From positions 212,513 to 276,512 of the forward strand of contig JACNGE010000014.1 of assembly GCA_014384285.1 (NCBI GenBank): a stretch of DNA of 64,000 nt. The letters are read 5' to 3'. Position numbers and translations under genes: made by a program. Positions 11,175 through 19,174 of the stretch are shown here, one piece after another; position 1 is the stretch's first letter, and each line of letters starts with the position of its first letter. The notes below the pieces were generated by a model. It was given only the letters and a program-made list of their open reading frames with translations. It did no database searches and was not told the DNA's origin. The DNA is from Actinomycetota bacterium (GTDB lineage: Bacteria > Actinomycetota > Acidimicrobiia > Actinomarinales > Actinomarinaceae).

Positions 11175-11557
11175 TGGCTGAAACTAAATCAAAGAAAAAA
11201 AATAAAAAAAATATCCCTTCAGGAGTAGCTCACATAAAAGCTAGCTTTAACAACACAATAATTAATATTTCAGATTCAAACGGGGAAACAATAGTATGGA
11301 CCTCTGGTGGCTCTGTTGGGTTCAAAGGATCTAGAAAGTCAACACCCTACGCAGCCCAAGTAGCTGCCGAAGAAGCAGTAAGACGAGCAACAGAATTTGG
11401 TGTTCACAAATTAGATATCATCATAAGTGGTACAGGCGCTGGAAGAGAAACTGCAGTCAGAACACTCCAGAATATGGGTATGGACGTGGGAACCATTAAA
11501 GACATAACTCCAACACCACACAATGGTTGTAGACCTAAGAAACGCAGGAGAGGGTAA
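11174..11557 (+). CDS. rpsK: 30S ribosomal protein S11
   Basis: [28 protein letters not shown]. Confidence 0.99.
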   Translation: MAETKSKKKNKKNIPSGVAHIKASFNNTIINISDSNGETIVWTSGGSVGFKGSRKSTPYAAQVAAEEAVRRATEFGVHKLDIIISGTGAGRETAVRTLQNMGMDVGTIKDITPTPHNGCRPKKRRRG

Positions 11558-12171
11558 TGGCTAGATATACAGGACCAAGAGTTAGAGTTTCACGAAGAAT
11601 TGGATTCAATGTATTTGAAAATAAAAAAGGAGACAAAGCTCTTCAAGATAGGCCCTACCCACCGGGAGAAAATGGCAGAAAAAGGGTCAGGGAAACTGAC
11701 TATGGTACTCAGTTAAAAGAAAAGCAAAAAGTAAGGTATATGTACGGTATATTAGAAAAACAATTCCGTAATTACTATAAAGAAGCATCAAGAATGCCTG
11801 GCATAACAGGGGAGAATTTATTAATACTTTTAGAGTCGAGATTAGATAATGTAATTTATAGAGCAGGATTTGCCTCAACAAGGCCTCAGGCAAGACAAAT
11901 AGCGTCTCACAGACATTTAAAGCTAAATGGTTCACTGGTAGACGTTCCGTCAATACAGATCAAGCCTGGTGATAAAATTGAGTTAAAAGATAGTAGTCAA
12001 AATATGATTGTTGTTCAACATACTATTGATACTGGTCAAGATAATGAAGTACCTTCATGGCTATCTGTCGATACTAATAAAAAATCAATAGAAGTTTTAT
12101 CTTTACCATCAAGAGGAGAAATAAGTCACCAAATAGAAGAACAGTTAATAGTAGAGCTTTATTCAAAATAA
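11557..12171 (+). CDS. rpsD: 30S ribosomal protein S4, no zinc ribbon
   Basis: MARYTGP, QLKEKQK, LESRLDNVIYR, LIVELYSK; no Cys. Confidence 0.98.
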   Translation: MARYTGPRVRVSRRIGFNVFENKKGDKALQDRPYPPGENGRKRVRETDYGTQLKEKQKVRYMYGILEKQFRNYYKEASRMPGITGENLLILLESRLDNVIYRAGFASTRPQARQIASHRHLKLNGSLVDVPSIQIKPGDKIELKDSSQNMIVVQHTIDTGQDNEVPSWLSVDTNKKSIEVLSLPSRGEISHQIEEQLIVELYSK

Positions 12172-12192
12172 AAATTAGAGAGGAGAATTAAA

Positions 12193-13152
12193 TTGCTAAT
12201 ACTACAAAGACCTGAGATATCTCAAGAAGAAATAAGCGTAAATAGAACAAAATTTTCGATTGAACCACTAGAACCTGGATTCGGATTAACTCTTGGTAAT
12301 ACCATGAGAAGAGCTTTATTGTCTAGAGTTCCTGGAGTAGCAGTTACTGGAGTAAAAATCCAAGGTGTAAACCATGAATTTACATCAGTACCTGGAGTTG
12401 TAGAAGATGTTTTAGACTTATTGCTAAATCTCAAAAGACTTGTACTTCAAGTTGAAGATCAAGAGAGTCATACTTTAACAGTTAAAGCAAAAGGTCCTGG
12501 AGATGTCACTGCTGCACAAATTCAGTGTCCCGCAGGAGTTGAGGCTGTAAACACAGACCTAAAAATTTGTACGCTTTCTGGTGATGCAACTTTAGATATG
12601 GAAGTATCTATTGCACATGGCGTAGGATACCGATTGGCAGACAAAAATAAAACGAGTGATTCTAATTTCATTCCTATTGATTCAATTTTTTCACCTATTG
12701 TAAAAGTAAGTTATGCTGTTACCCCAACCCAAGTAGGTCAGGTAACTAACTATGACAAACTTACATTAGACGTAGAAACTGATGGTTCAGTGGCACCTAG
12801 TGAGGCTGTGTCATCTGTTGGAAAAACTTTAGGAGAGTTATGGAAGCTTTTTGCTGACATAGATGAAGGAATAGGCCTTGAGCTTGGAGAACTTACTGTT
12901 TCTGAAGGAAGTTCACCAGACCTTTCTATTTCAGTTGACGCATTAGATCTATCAGAACGACCAATGAATTGCTTAGGTAGAGAGAATATAACTACTGTTG
13001 GTCAAATCTTAGAGTACACAGAAGACGATTTGTTGAACCTGACCAACTTTGGACAAAAGAGTCTTGATGAGCTTGTAGCAAAGTTAGACGAATTAGGATT
13101 GAGCTTACCAACAAGTTCTGATTTAGATTCTGAGGAAAACGCAGATGCCTAG
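12193..13152 (+). CDS. rpoA: RNA polymerase alpha subunit (TTG start, SD AGGAG)
   Basis: [46 protein letters not shown]. Confidence 0.98.
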   Translation: MLILQRPEISQEEISVNRTKFSIEPLEPGFGLTLGNTMRRALLSRVPGVAVTGVKIQGVNHEFTSVPGVVEDVLDLLLNLKRLVLQVEDQESHTLTVKAKGPGDVTAAQIQCPAGVEAVNTDLKICTLSGDATLDMEVSIAHGVGYRLADKNKTSDSNFIPIDSIFSPIVKVSYAVTPTQVGQVTNYDKLTLDVETDGSVAPSEAVSSVGKTLGELWKLFADIDEGIGLELGELTVSEGSSPDLSISVDALDLSERPMNCLGRENITTVGQILEYTEDDLLNLTNFGQKSLDELVAKLDELGLSLPTSSDLDSEENADA

Positions 13153-13495
13153 ACCAACCAAAGGAAAAAGATTAGGTGGTTCTGCCTCTCATGAAGATCA
13201 AATCATTAGTAATTTGGTACGATCTCTTATTCAACATGAAAAAATTGAAACTACAATAACTAAAGCAAAAGTAGTTAAACCTTATGCTGAAAAGGTAATA
13301 ACTAAGGCAAAAAAAGGAACTTTACACGACAGAAGACAGGTTCTAAAAATGATTCAAGATAAAGCTGTGGTTGCAAAGTTGTTTGAAGAGATTGGTCCTA
13401 AATATCAAGAAAGAAATGGTGGATATACAAGAATCACCAGAACAACTTACCGAAAGGGTGACGGGACAGAACTAGCTGTTCTAGAACTAGTTTAA
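13145..13495 (+). CDS. rplQ: 50S ribosomal protein L17
   Basis: [28 protein letters not shown]. Confidence 0.98.
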   Translation: MPRPTKGKRLGGSASHEDQIISNLVRSLIQHEKIETTITKAKVVKPYAEKVITKAKKGTLHDRRQVLKMIQDKAVVAKLFEEIGPKYQERNGGYTRITRTTYRKGDGTELAVLELV

Positions 13496-13496
13496 G

Positions 13497-14042
13497 TTGA
13501 GTACTTTTAGTGATGTTTGGAAGAAATTCCAAGCTTTTTTAAGATTTAATCCAGCTCTAATTCAAAACATCATAAATGACAGATATGAAAGTGGAAATGC
13601 TTTTTTAATTGTTTTAACAAGCCTTACCTCGATTTATACAGCGTTATTTATTACAACAAGGTTTTCTAATTTCCTAGACGTTGTCTTTTATGGAATCTTG
13701 GACGGTGCCTTCGCTTGGATAATTTCAAGTCTTGGAATGTGGTTCATTCTCTCAAGAGTTTTTAAAGAAAATCTTGATATAAATGCTGTTTCAACAATTA
13801 CTGGTTATGCACATGGGATAGTCGCAAGCATTTCTTTAATTATTTTCTTACAAAACTATTTAAATCTCAGTGCAAGAATTATCGAAATTTCAATTTTAGG
13901 AATATTTCTTTGGCTGTTTTATACAATTTCGAGAAGCTTGGAAATAGGTTTTTTCATTGAGAAGAGAAGCTCTAGAATAGCTTCATCTGTATTTATTATT
14001 ATCCTCATTTGGACTTCAGGACCTTTGAAAATCTTTTTCTAG
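13497..14042 (+). CDS. Hypothetical integral membrane protein (about 5 TM, Yip1-like layout)
   Basis: 181-aa hydrophobic ORF exactly filling the rplQ-truA gap with 1-nt spacers. Confidence 0.7.
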   Translation: MSTFSDVWKKFQAFLRFNPALIQNIINDRYESGNAFLIVLTSLTSIYTALFITTRFSNFLDVVFYGILDGAFAWIISSLGMWFILSRVFKENLDINAVSTITGYAHGIVASISLIIFLQNYLNLSARIIEISILGIFLWLFYTISRSLEIGFFIEKRSSRIASSVFIIILIWTSGPLKIFF

Positions 14043-14043
14043 C

Positions 14044-14766
14044 TTGAACTATAAAGTTATAATTTCATATGACGGAAATCATTTTCATGGTTTCCAAAAA
14101 CAAATTAAAAATATCACTGTACAAGAGTCTGTTGAGAATGCTTTAAAAAAGCTATTAAACAATTTCGAAATGACTTACGCAGGAAGAACAGATGCTGGAG
14201 TTCACGCAAAATATCAAGTCCTAAGTATTACAACAACTGAAAAACTTTCAAGTTCATTCAAATCTTCTTTAAATGCATTAGTTGGAAAACATATATATAT
14301 AAAAAAAGTTACAAAAGTTAAGGAAAGTTTTCATCCAAGATTTGATGCAAAACAAAGAACTTACAAGTATTTTATAAATACTCCTAGGAACTATGAACCC
14401 TATAACCTTGGGTATACTCATTTAATTAATGACGAAGTAAACTTATCAGAACTCAATGTAATTGCTAAATCTTTTTTAGGAAAAAATAATTTTACAAATT
14501 TTTCTAAACTCAGAAAAGATCAGAATCCAATCCGTGATATAGCTGTTAGTAAATGGACTCACAGCAATCAAGGCTATATTTATACAATTACAGGAAACTC
14601 ATTTCTTCATAATATGGTCAGATCAATTGTGGGAGTACAGCTTGCCTGCCTGAATGGAAAACTTAGTAATGCAAAAATCAAATCTTCATTAAAGTATCCT
14701 CAAAATGAAAGATTTAATCACGTAGCTCCACCAGAAGGTCTTTACCTGTGGAAAATTAAATACTAG
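14044..14766 (+). CDS. truA: tRNA pseudouridine(38-40) synthase
   Basis: YDGNHFHGFQ, AGRTDAGVHA, FHPRFDA, FLHNMVR, APPEGLYL. Confidence 0.97.
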   Translation: MNYKVIISYDGNHFHGFQKQIKNITVQESVENALKKLLNNFEMTYAGRTDAGVHAKYQVLSITTTEKLSSSFKSSLNALVGKHIYIKKVTKVKESFHPRFDAKQRTYKYFINTPRNYEPYNLGYTHLINDEVNLSELNVIAKSFLGKNNFTNFSKLRKDQNPIRDIAVSKWTHSNQGYIYTITGNSFLHNMVRSIVGVQLACLNGKLSNAKIKSSLKYPQNERFNHVAPPEGLYLWKIKY

Positions 14767-14827
14767 TTTTCATAAATATCAATAACCTTTATACTTAAGT
14801 TTCGTTACAATCCTATAGGTTTATAAA

Positions 14828-15289
14828 ATGAGCACAAAAACGACATTTAAAGGTATAGAAGCTTCTGACAGAAGTTGGCATCTTGTTGATGCAAGCAATC
14901 TTCCTGTTGGAAGATTAGCTAGTGAGATAGCGCAAATTTTAAAAGGCAAACACAAACCCCAGTACGCACCACATTTAGATGTTGGAGATCATGTTGTAGT
15001 GATTAATGCTGATAAAATTCAAGTAACTTCTAACAAGCCTGAACAAAAAATGTATTACAGACATTCTGGTTATCCAGGAGGCATAAAGGAAGAATCATTT
15101 AATGCTTTGAGAAAACGTAAGCCCGAATTAATCATCGAAAAAGCTGTCTGGGGGATGCTTCCTAAAAATAGATTAGGAAGAGCAATAATAAAAAAACTCC
15201 ACATTTATTCATCTGATACCCATCCTCACGAAAGTCAAAACCCTGTAGAATTAAATTTCAATATAAAAAAGGTTGTTGACAATGACTGA
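14828..15289 (+). CDS. rplM: 50S ribosomal protein L13
   Basis: WHLVDA, GRLAS, LKGKHKP, YYRHSGYPGG, GMLPKN. Confidence 0.99.
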   Translation: MSTKTTFKGIEASDRSWHLVDASNLPVGRLASEIAQILKGKHKPQYAPHLDVGDHVVVINADKIQVTSNKPEQKMYYRHSGYPGGIKEESFNALRKRKPELIIEKAVWGMLPKNRLGRAIIKKLHIYSSDTHPHESQNPVELNFNIKKVVDND

Positions 15290-15671
15290 TGCAATATTAG
15301 GTACAGGCAGGAGAAAAAGTTCAGTTGCCAGAGTAAGACTTACAGAAGGTAGTGGAGAGTACACTTTTAATGGTAAGTCCATGGAACAATATTTTCCAAG
15401 TCCAAACATGAGAATGAGAGTTAACAAGCCTTTTAATGTGGTTGATATGGATAAACAGTTTGACCTTCATGTAACATTAAATGGAAGTGGGTTATCCGCT
15501 CAAGCTGATGCAGTGGCTCTTGGAATATCTAGAGCATTAATTCAATTTAATCCCGACTTAAGACCTAGGCTCAAAAAAGCTGGATTACTTACTAGAGATT
15601 CTAGAAAAGTTGAACGTAAGAAATACGGACTTAAGAAAGCTAGAAGAGCTGAGCAGTTCACCAAAAGATAA
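15282..15671 (+). CDS. rpsI: 30S ribosomal protein S9 (start ATG 15282)
   Basis: GTGRRKSSVARV, LTRDSRKVERKKYG, QFTKR. Confidence 0.98.
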   Translation: MTDAILGTGRRKSSVARVRLTEGSGEYTFNGKSMEQYFPSPNMRMRVNKPFNVVDMDKQFDLHVTLNGSGLSAQADAVALGISRALIQFNPDLRPRLKKAGLLTRDSRKVERKKYGLKKARRAEQFTKR

Positions 15672-15678
15672 TTTTTCA

Positions 15679-16983
15679 TTGAAAAAACACTTTGGTACTG
15701 ATGGAATTAGGGGCATACCTGAAGAATCCCTCACCGAAGAAATAATTTCAAATGTTTGTGCTTCTGTAGAAGAAATATTAAAACCCAAAACAATTGCTTT
15801 GATTACAGATACACGCAAATCTTCCGAGGTAATTTCTTCATGGATAAGTGAAGGTTTTAGTCATAACGTAGAAATTCTCAATTATGGAGTTCTCCCATCT
15901 GGGTCGATGCCGATTTTACTTAATGAGTTAAATCATGATATGGGGATAATAATTTCAGCTTCTCATAACCCAAGTGAATATAACGGAATTAAGTTAATTG
16001 ATAAAAATGGATCGAAATTACTCGATGACGTAGAAATTTTAATTGAAGAAACTATGGACGAAATTCAACTACCTGAAAACTCTTCTTCAATCAAAAATTC
16101 TCATTTAGGGTATGAAAGCTATAAAAAATTTCTAAACTCTATCAATGATATTGACTTTTCAAACTTTGATTTAGTAATTGATTCTGCAAATGGATCAGCT
16201 TTTGAAATAATCAAAGATATTGTCCCAGATTCAGTGGGAAAAATTACTCATATTGCAAATAAACCAAATGGTCAAAATATTAATGAAGAATCAGGAGCTA
16301 CTAATACAAAAAACTTAATAAATATCATGAAAAATGGACAACTAGGTGTTTCGTTTGATGGAGATGCTGACAGGTTAATCATGATTGATGAAAATAAAGA
16401 AATTGCAAATGGCGATGTATTAATTGCACTATTAGCTACTTACTTCTCCAGAATTAAAGAGCTCGATAATGACAATGTTGTTAGTACGGTGATGTCAAAC
16501 TACGGATTCAAACTAGCGATGAAAAGTCAAAATTTTAACTTAATTGAAACACCTGTAGGTGACAAATACGTAGCTGAGGCTATGAAGAAACACAAAGCAG
16601 TTTTAGGAGGAGAGCAATCTGGACATATTATTTTTTCAAAATACCTACCAGTCGGTGATGGATTAGTCACATTTTTAATGGTATTAAAAGCATTAAACTA
16701 TCTTGATACTACTTTAGTTGAGTTTAGAAAAGAAAATATCCAAGAATATCCACAAAAATTAGTAAATATTAATCTTCAGGAAACTCTGAATAAAGAAGAG
16801 CTTGAATTCATCAACCAGTTAGCTTTTGAGCTTTCAAATAAAAGAAACCTTGATGGTAGATACTTAATTAGGAATTCCGGAACAGAGCCACTACTAAGAG
16901 TTCTAGTCGAAGCAAGTAATAATGAAGAGATGGAGTCTTTTCTTGAAGAACTGCTGAATAAAATTAATGGATACCTAAATTAA
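15679..16983 (+). CDS. glmM: Phosphoglucosamine mutase (probable TTG start 15679)
   Basis: FGTDGIRG, ISASHNP, FDGDADR, GGEQSGH, RNSGTEP; between rpsI and glmS. Confidence 0.92.
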   Translation: MKKHFGTDGIRGIPEESLTEEIISNVCASVEEILKPKTIALITDTRKSSEVISSWISEGFSHNVEILNYGVLPSGSMPILLNELNHDMGIIISASHNPSEYNGIKLIDKNGSKLLDDVEILIEETMDEIQLPENSSSIKNSHLGYESYKKFLNSINDIDFSNFDLVIDSANGSAFEIIKDIVPDSVGKITHIANKPNGQNINEESGATNTKNLINIMKNGQLGVSFDGDADRLIMIDENKEIANGDVLIALLATYFSRIKELDNDNVVSTVMSNYGFKLAMKSQNFNLIETPVGDKYVAEAMKKHKAVLGGEQSGHIIFSKYLPVGDGLVTFLMVLKALNYLDTTLVEFRKENIQEYPQKLVNINLQETLNKEELEFINQLAFELSNKRNLDGRYLIRNSGTEPLLRVLVEASNNEEMESFLEELLNKINGYLN

Positions 16984-16994
16984 AATATCTTCGT

Positions 16995-17006
16995 TATAAT
17001 TATAAT
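16995..17006 (+). promoter_or_regulatory. Tandem TATAAT -10 boxes; the first predicts a TSS at about A17007 for the glmS leader
   Basis: TATAAT 16995-17000 and 17001-17006 directly upstream of the ribozyme. Confidence 0.6.
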
Positions 17007-17019
17007 AACGAGCAAATTA

Positions 17020-17151
17020 AGCGCCAGACCTTTAATTAGGTGACGAGGAAGTATGTTATCGAAAATTCGGCGGATGCATACTCGGCTCTACGGTCGTAAT
17101 AAATTGTTTAAAAACAGAAAGAAACTTCTGAACAGAGACAGTTTAAAGTAG
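17020..17151 (+). ncRNA. glmS ribozyme (GlcN6P-activated self-cleaving riboswitch); cleavage A17020/G17021
   Basis: Core AGCGCCAG...GACGAGG...TTATCGAAAATTCGGCGGATG; P1 ACCT/AGGT; P2 AGTATGT/GCATACT; P3 CGGC/GTCG with loop CTAC pairing GTAG 17148-17151 (P3.1); P4 17100-17109/17136-17145; P4.1 with GAAA loop; directly upstream of glmS. Confidence 0.96.
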
Positions 17152-17182
17152 TCTTATTTCAACTTGCTCGTTGGAATGGAGA
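17152..17182 (+). promoter_or_regulatory. Shine-Dalgarno-sequestering hairpin of glmS, opened by pairing with the 5' leader 17007-17018
   Basis: TCTTATTTCAAC (17152-17163), loop TTGCTC, GTTGGAATGGAGA (17170-17182) containing SD GGAG 17178-17181. Confidence 0.7.
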
Positions 17183-17188
17183 AATTAT

Positions 17189-18985
17189 ATGTGTGGAATT
17201 ATTGGCTATTCAGGCCAAAGAAAACCTTTACCAATACTTTTAGATGGTTTGTCAAGGTTAGAGTATCGAGGATATGATTCAGCTGGTATTGCAATTATTG
17301 ATGGAGAAAGTTTAACCATTGAGAAAAAAGAAGGTAAATTACAAGTATTAAAAGACCATCTTGTAGATAAAGAAATTAATGGAAATATAGGTATAGGCCA
17401 TACAAGATGGGCTACACATGGAGTGCCAAGTGATGAAAATGCGCACCCACATTATGACAACAATCAAGATTTTGCAATAATTCATAACGGCATAATTGAA
17501 AACTATGCCGAGATGAAAGAAGTATTGCTAAATGAAAATTATGAGTTTAAATCGGAGACCGATACTGAGGTAGTTGCTGTTGAACTAAGCAGACAATGGA
17601 CAGGCAATCTCTTGGAGACAGTTTGTAATGTTGCCAAAGGACTTGAGGGAACATATGCACTAGTTGTAATCACAATAAAGGATCCAGAAACTATAGTAGC
17701 TGGAAGAATGATGAGTCCACTAGTCCTAGGAGTTGGAGAGGATGAAGTTTTTCTTGCTTCAGACTCAGCAGCAATCCTCGAACATACTAACAAAATGATA
17801 TTTTTAGAGAATGGAGATTTTGTCGAAATTAAAAATGGTCAGTATCAATTATTTGATATAGACATGAATGAAATTACCCGAGAAGTACAACTAATTGATT
17901 GGGAGGTATCTGAAGCAGAAAAATCTGGTCATGATCACTTTATGTACAAAGAAATTTTAGAACAATCAGAAGTCATCGAAAGAACAATAACTGGAAGGTT
18001 AGAATTAGGAAGCGAGCAGATTCCGATTGACTTAGAACATGCAAAAAAGTTTGAAAAAATATGGATAGTTGCATGTGGGACAGCTTATCATGCAGGATTA
18101 TTTGGAAAAGATTTATTTGAAAAAGTATTAGGCATTCCAGTTAGTGTTGAACTCGCTTCAGAGTTTAGGTACAGAGAGCCCATAGTTGGCAAAAATGATT
18201 TAGGAATCGTTATTTCTCAATCTGGTGAAACTATGGATACCATCGCAGCAACAGAACTGTTGAAAGATAATGGCTCTCATGTATTGGCCCTTGTCAATGT
18301 AGTAGGAAGTTCTCTAGCGAGAATGGCCGATAGTGTGTTATACCTCCATGTTGGACCCGAGATAGGAGTCGCATCTACAAAAGCTTATTTAGGTATGCTT
18401 GTTGGGCAGCTTCTTCTTGCTAAACATTGGGATGAATTTAACAAGCTAGAAACCTCTTTTGATGAGATAAGCGAGCTACCTTTCCTCATAAAGAAAGCTT
18501 TAGAATGTGAACCGCAAATTAAAGAAATATCAAAATCAATAAATGATAAAAAAGATATTTATTTCATCGGTCGAGGGCTCGATTACGCTTTAGCTGCTGA
18601 AGGTGCATTGAAATTGAAAGAGATTTCATACCTACATGCTGAGGCCCTTGCTGCTGGAGAACTTAAACATGGCACTCTTGCCTTAATTGAAAAGGGTACA
18701 CCAGTGGTAGTTACAGCCAGCCAACACCATTTACTAGACAAAACAACAAGTAATGTACAGGAGGTTAAAGCTAGAGGAGCATATGTGATTGCTATAGGAG
18801 ATAATTCTTCAAAGAAGCTTCAAGACATTTCTGATAATTATGTCACCCTCCCTGAGGCAAGTGAAATGTTATCAACAATCATTTCAATAATCCCTCTACA
18901 GTTTATTGCATATCATGTAGCAAACTTAAATGGTGAGTCTATTGACCAACCCCGTAACCTTGCCAAATCTGTGACAGTGGAGTAA
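17189..18985 (+). CDS. glmS: Glutamine--fructose-6-phosphate aminotransferase (true start ATG 17189)
   Basis: N-terminal MCGIIG, LEYRGYDSAG, GHTRWATHG, SQSGET, C-terminal PRNLAKSVTVE. Confidence 0.99.
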   Translation: MCGIIGYSGQRKPLPILLDGLSRLEYRGYDSAGIAIIDGESLTIEKKEGKLQVLKDHLVDKEINGNIGIGHTRWATHGVPSDENAHPHYDNNQDFAIIHNGIIENYAEMKEVLLNENYEFKSETDTEVVAVELSRQWTGNLLETVCNVAKGLEGTYALVVITIKDPETIVAGRMMSPLVLGVGEDEVFLASDSAAILEHTNKMIFLENGDFVEIKNGQYQLFDIDMNEITREVQLIDWEVSEAEKSGHDHFMYKEILEQSEVIERTITGRLELGSEQIPIDLEHAKKFEKIWIVACGTAYHAGLFGKDLFEKVLGIPVSVELASEFRYREPIVGKNDLGIVISQSGETMDTIAATELLKDNGSHVLALVNVVGSSLARMADSVLYLHVGPEIGVASTKAYLGMLVGQLLLAKHWDEFNKLETSFDEISELPFLIKKALECEPQIKEISKSINDKKDIYFIGRGLDYALAAEGALKLKEISYLHAEALAAGELKHGTLALIEKGTPVVVTASQHHLLDKTTSNVQEVKARGAYVIAIGDNSSKKLQDISDNYVTLPEASEMLSTIISIIPLQFIAYHVANLNGESIDQPRNLAKSVTVE

Positions 18986-18987
18986 TT

Positions 18988-19167
18988 ATAGATAATAAAT
19001 TTAAGAACTCTAGAAATGCAGGAAATTGGATTGGTGTTGGTGCTGGTATTGGTGCAACAGTTTTTGTGGCCACAAATGAACCAACATGGATAGCAGTAGG
19101 TGTTGCGATAGGCGCAGCGCTTAGTCAGCGAAAAACAGAATCTCAAAAATCAGAAACAGCGGAATAA
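18988..19167 (+). CDS. Small (59 aa) glycine-zipper membrane protein with apparent ATA start; missing from the ORF track
   Basis: IDNKFKNSRNAGNWIGVGAGIGATVFVATNEPTWIAVGVAIGAALSQRKTESQKSETAE; fills the glmS-alr gap; SD GGAG 18979-18982. Confidence 0.7.
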   Translation: MDNKFKNSRNAGNWIGVGAGIGATVFVATNEPTWIAVGVAIGAALSQRKTESQKSETAE

Positions 19168-19174
19168 AAGCAAA

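Noticed and set aside
1224..17188. N-terminal extensions on rpsS (1224), rplF (5669), rpmD (7083), glmM (15610) and glmS (17171) suggested by the ORF track
   Set aside because: Longest-ORF artefacts. Conserved N-termini start downstream, and GlmS needs Cys at position 2 (ATG 17189).
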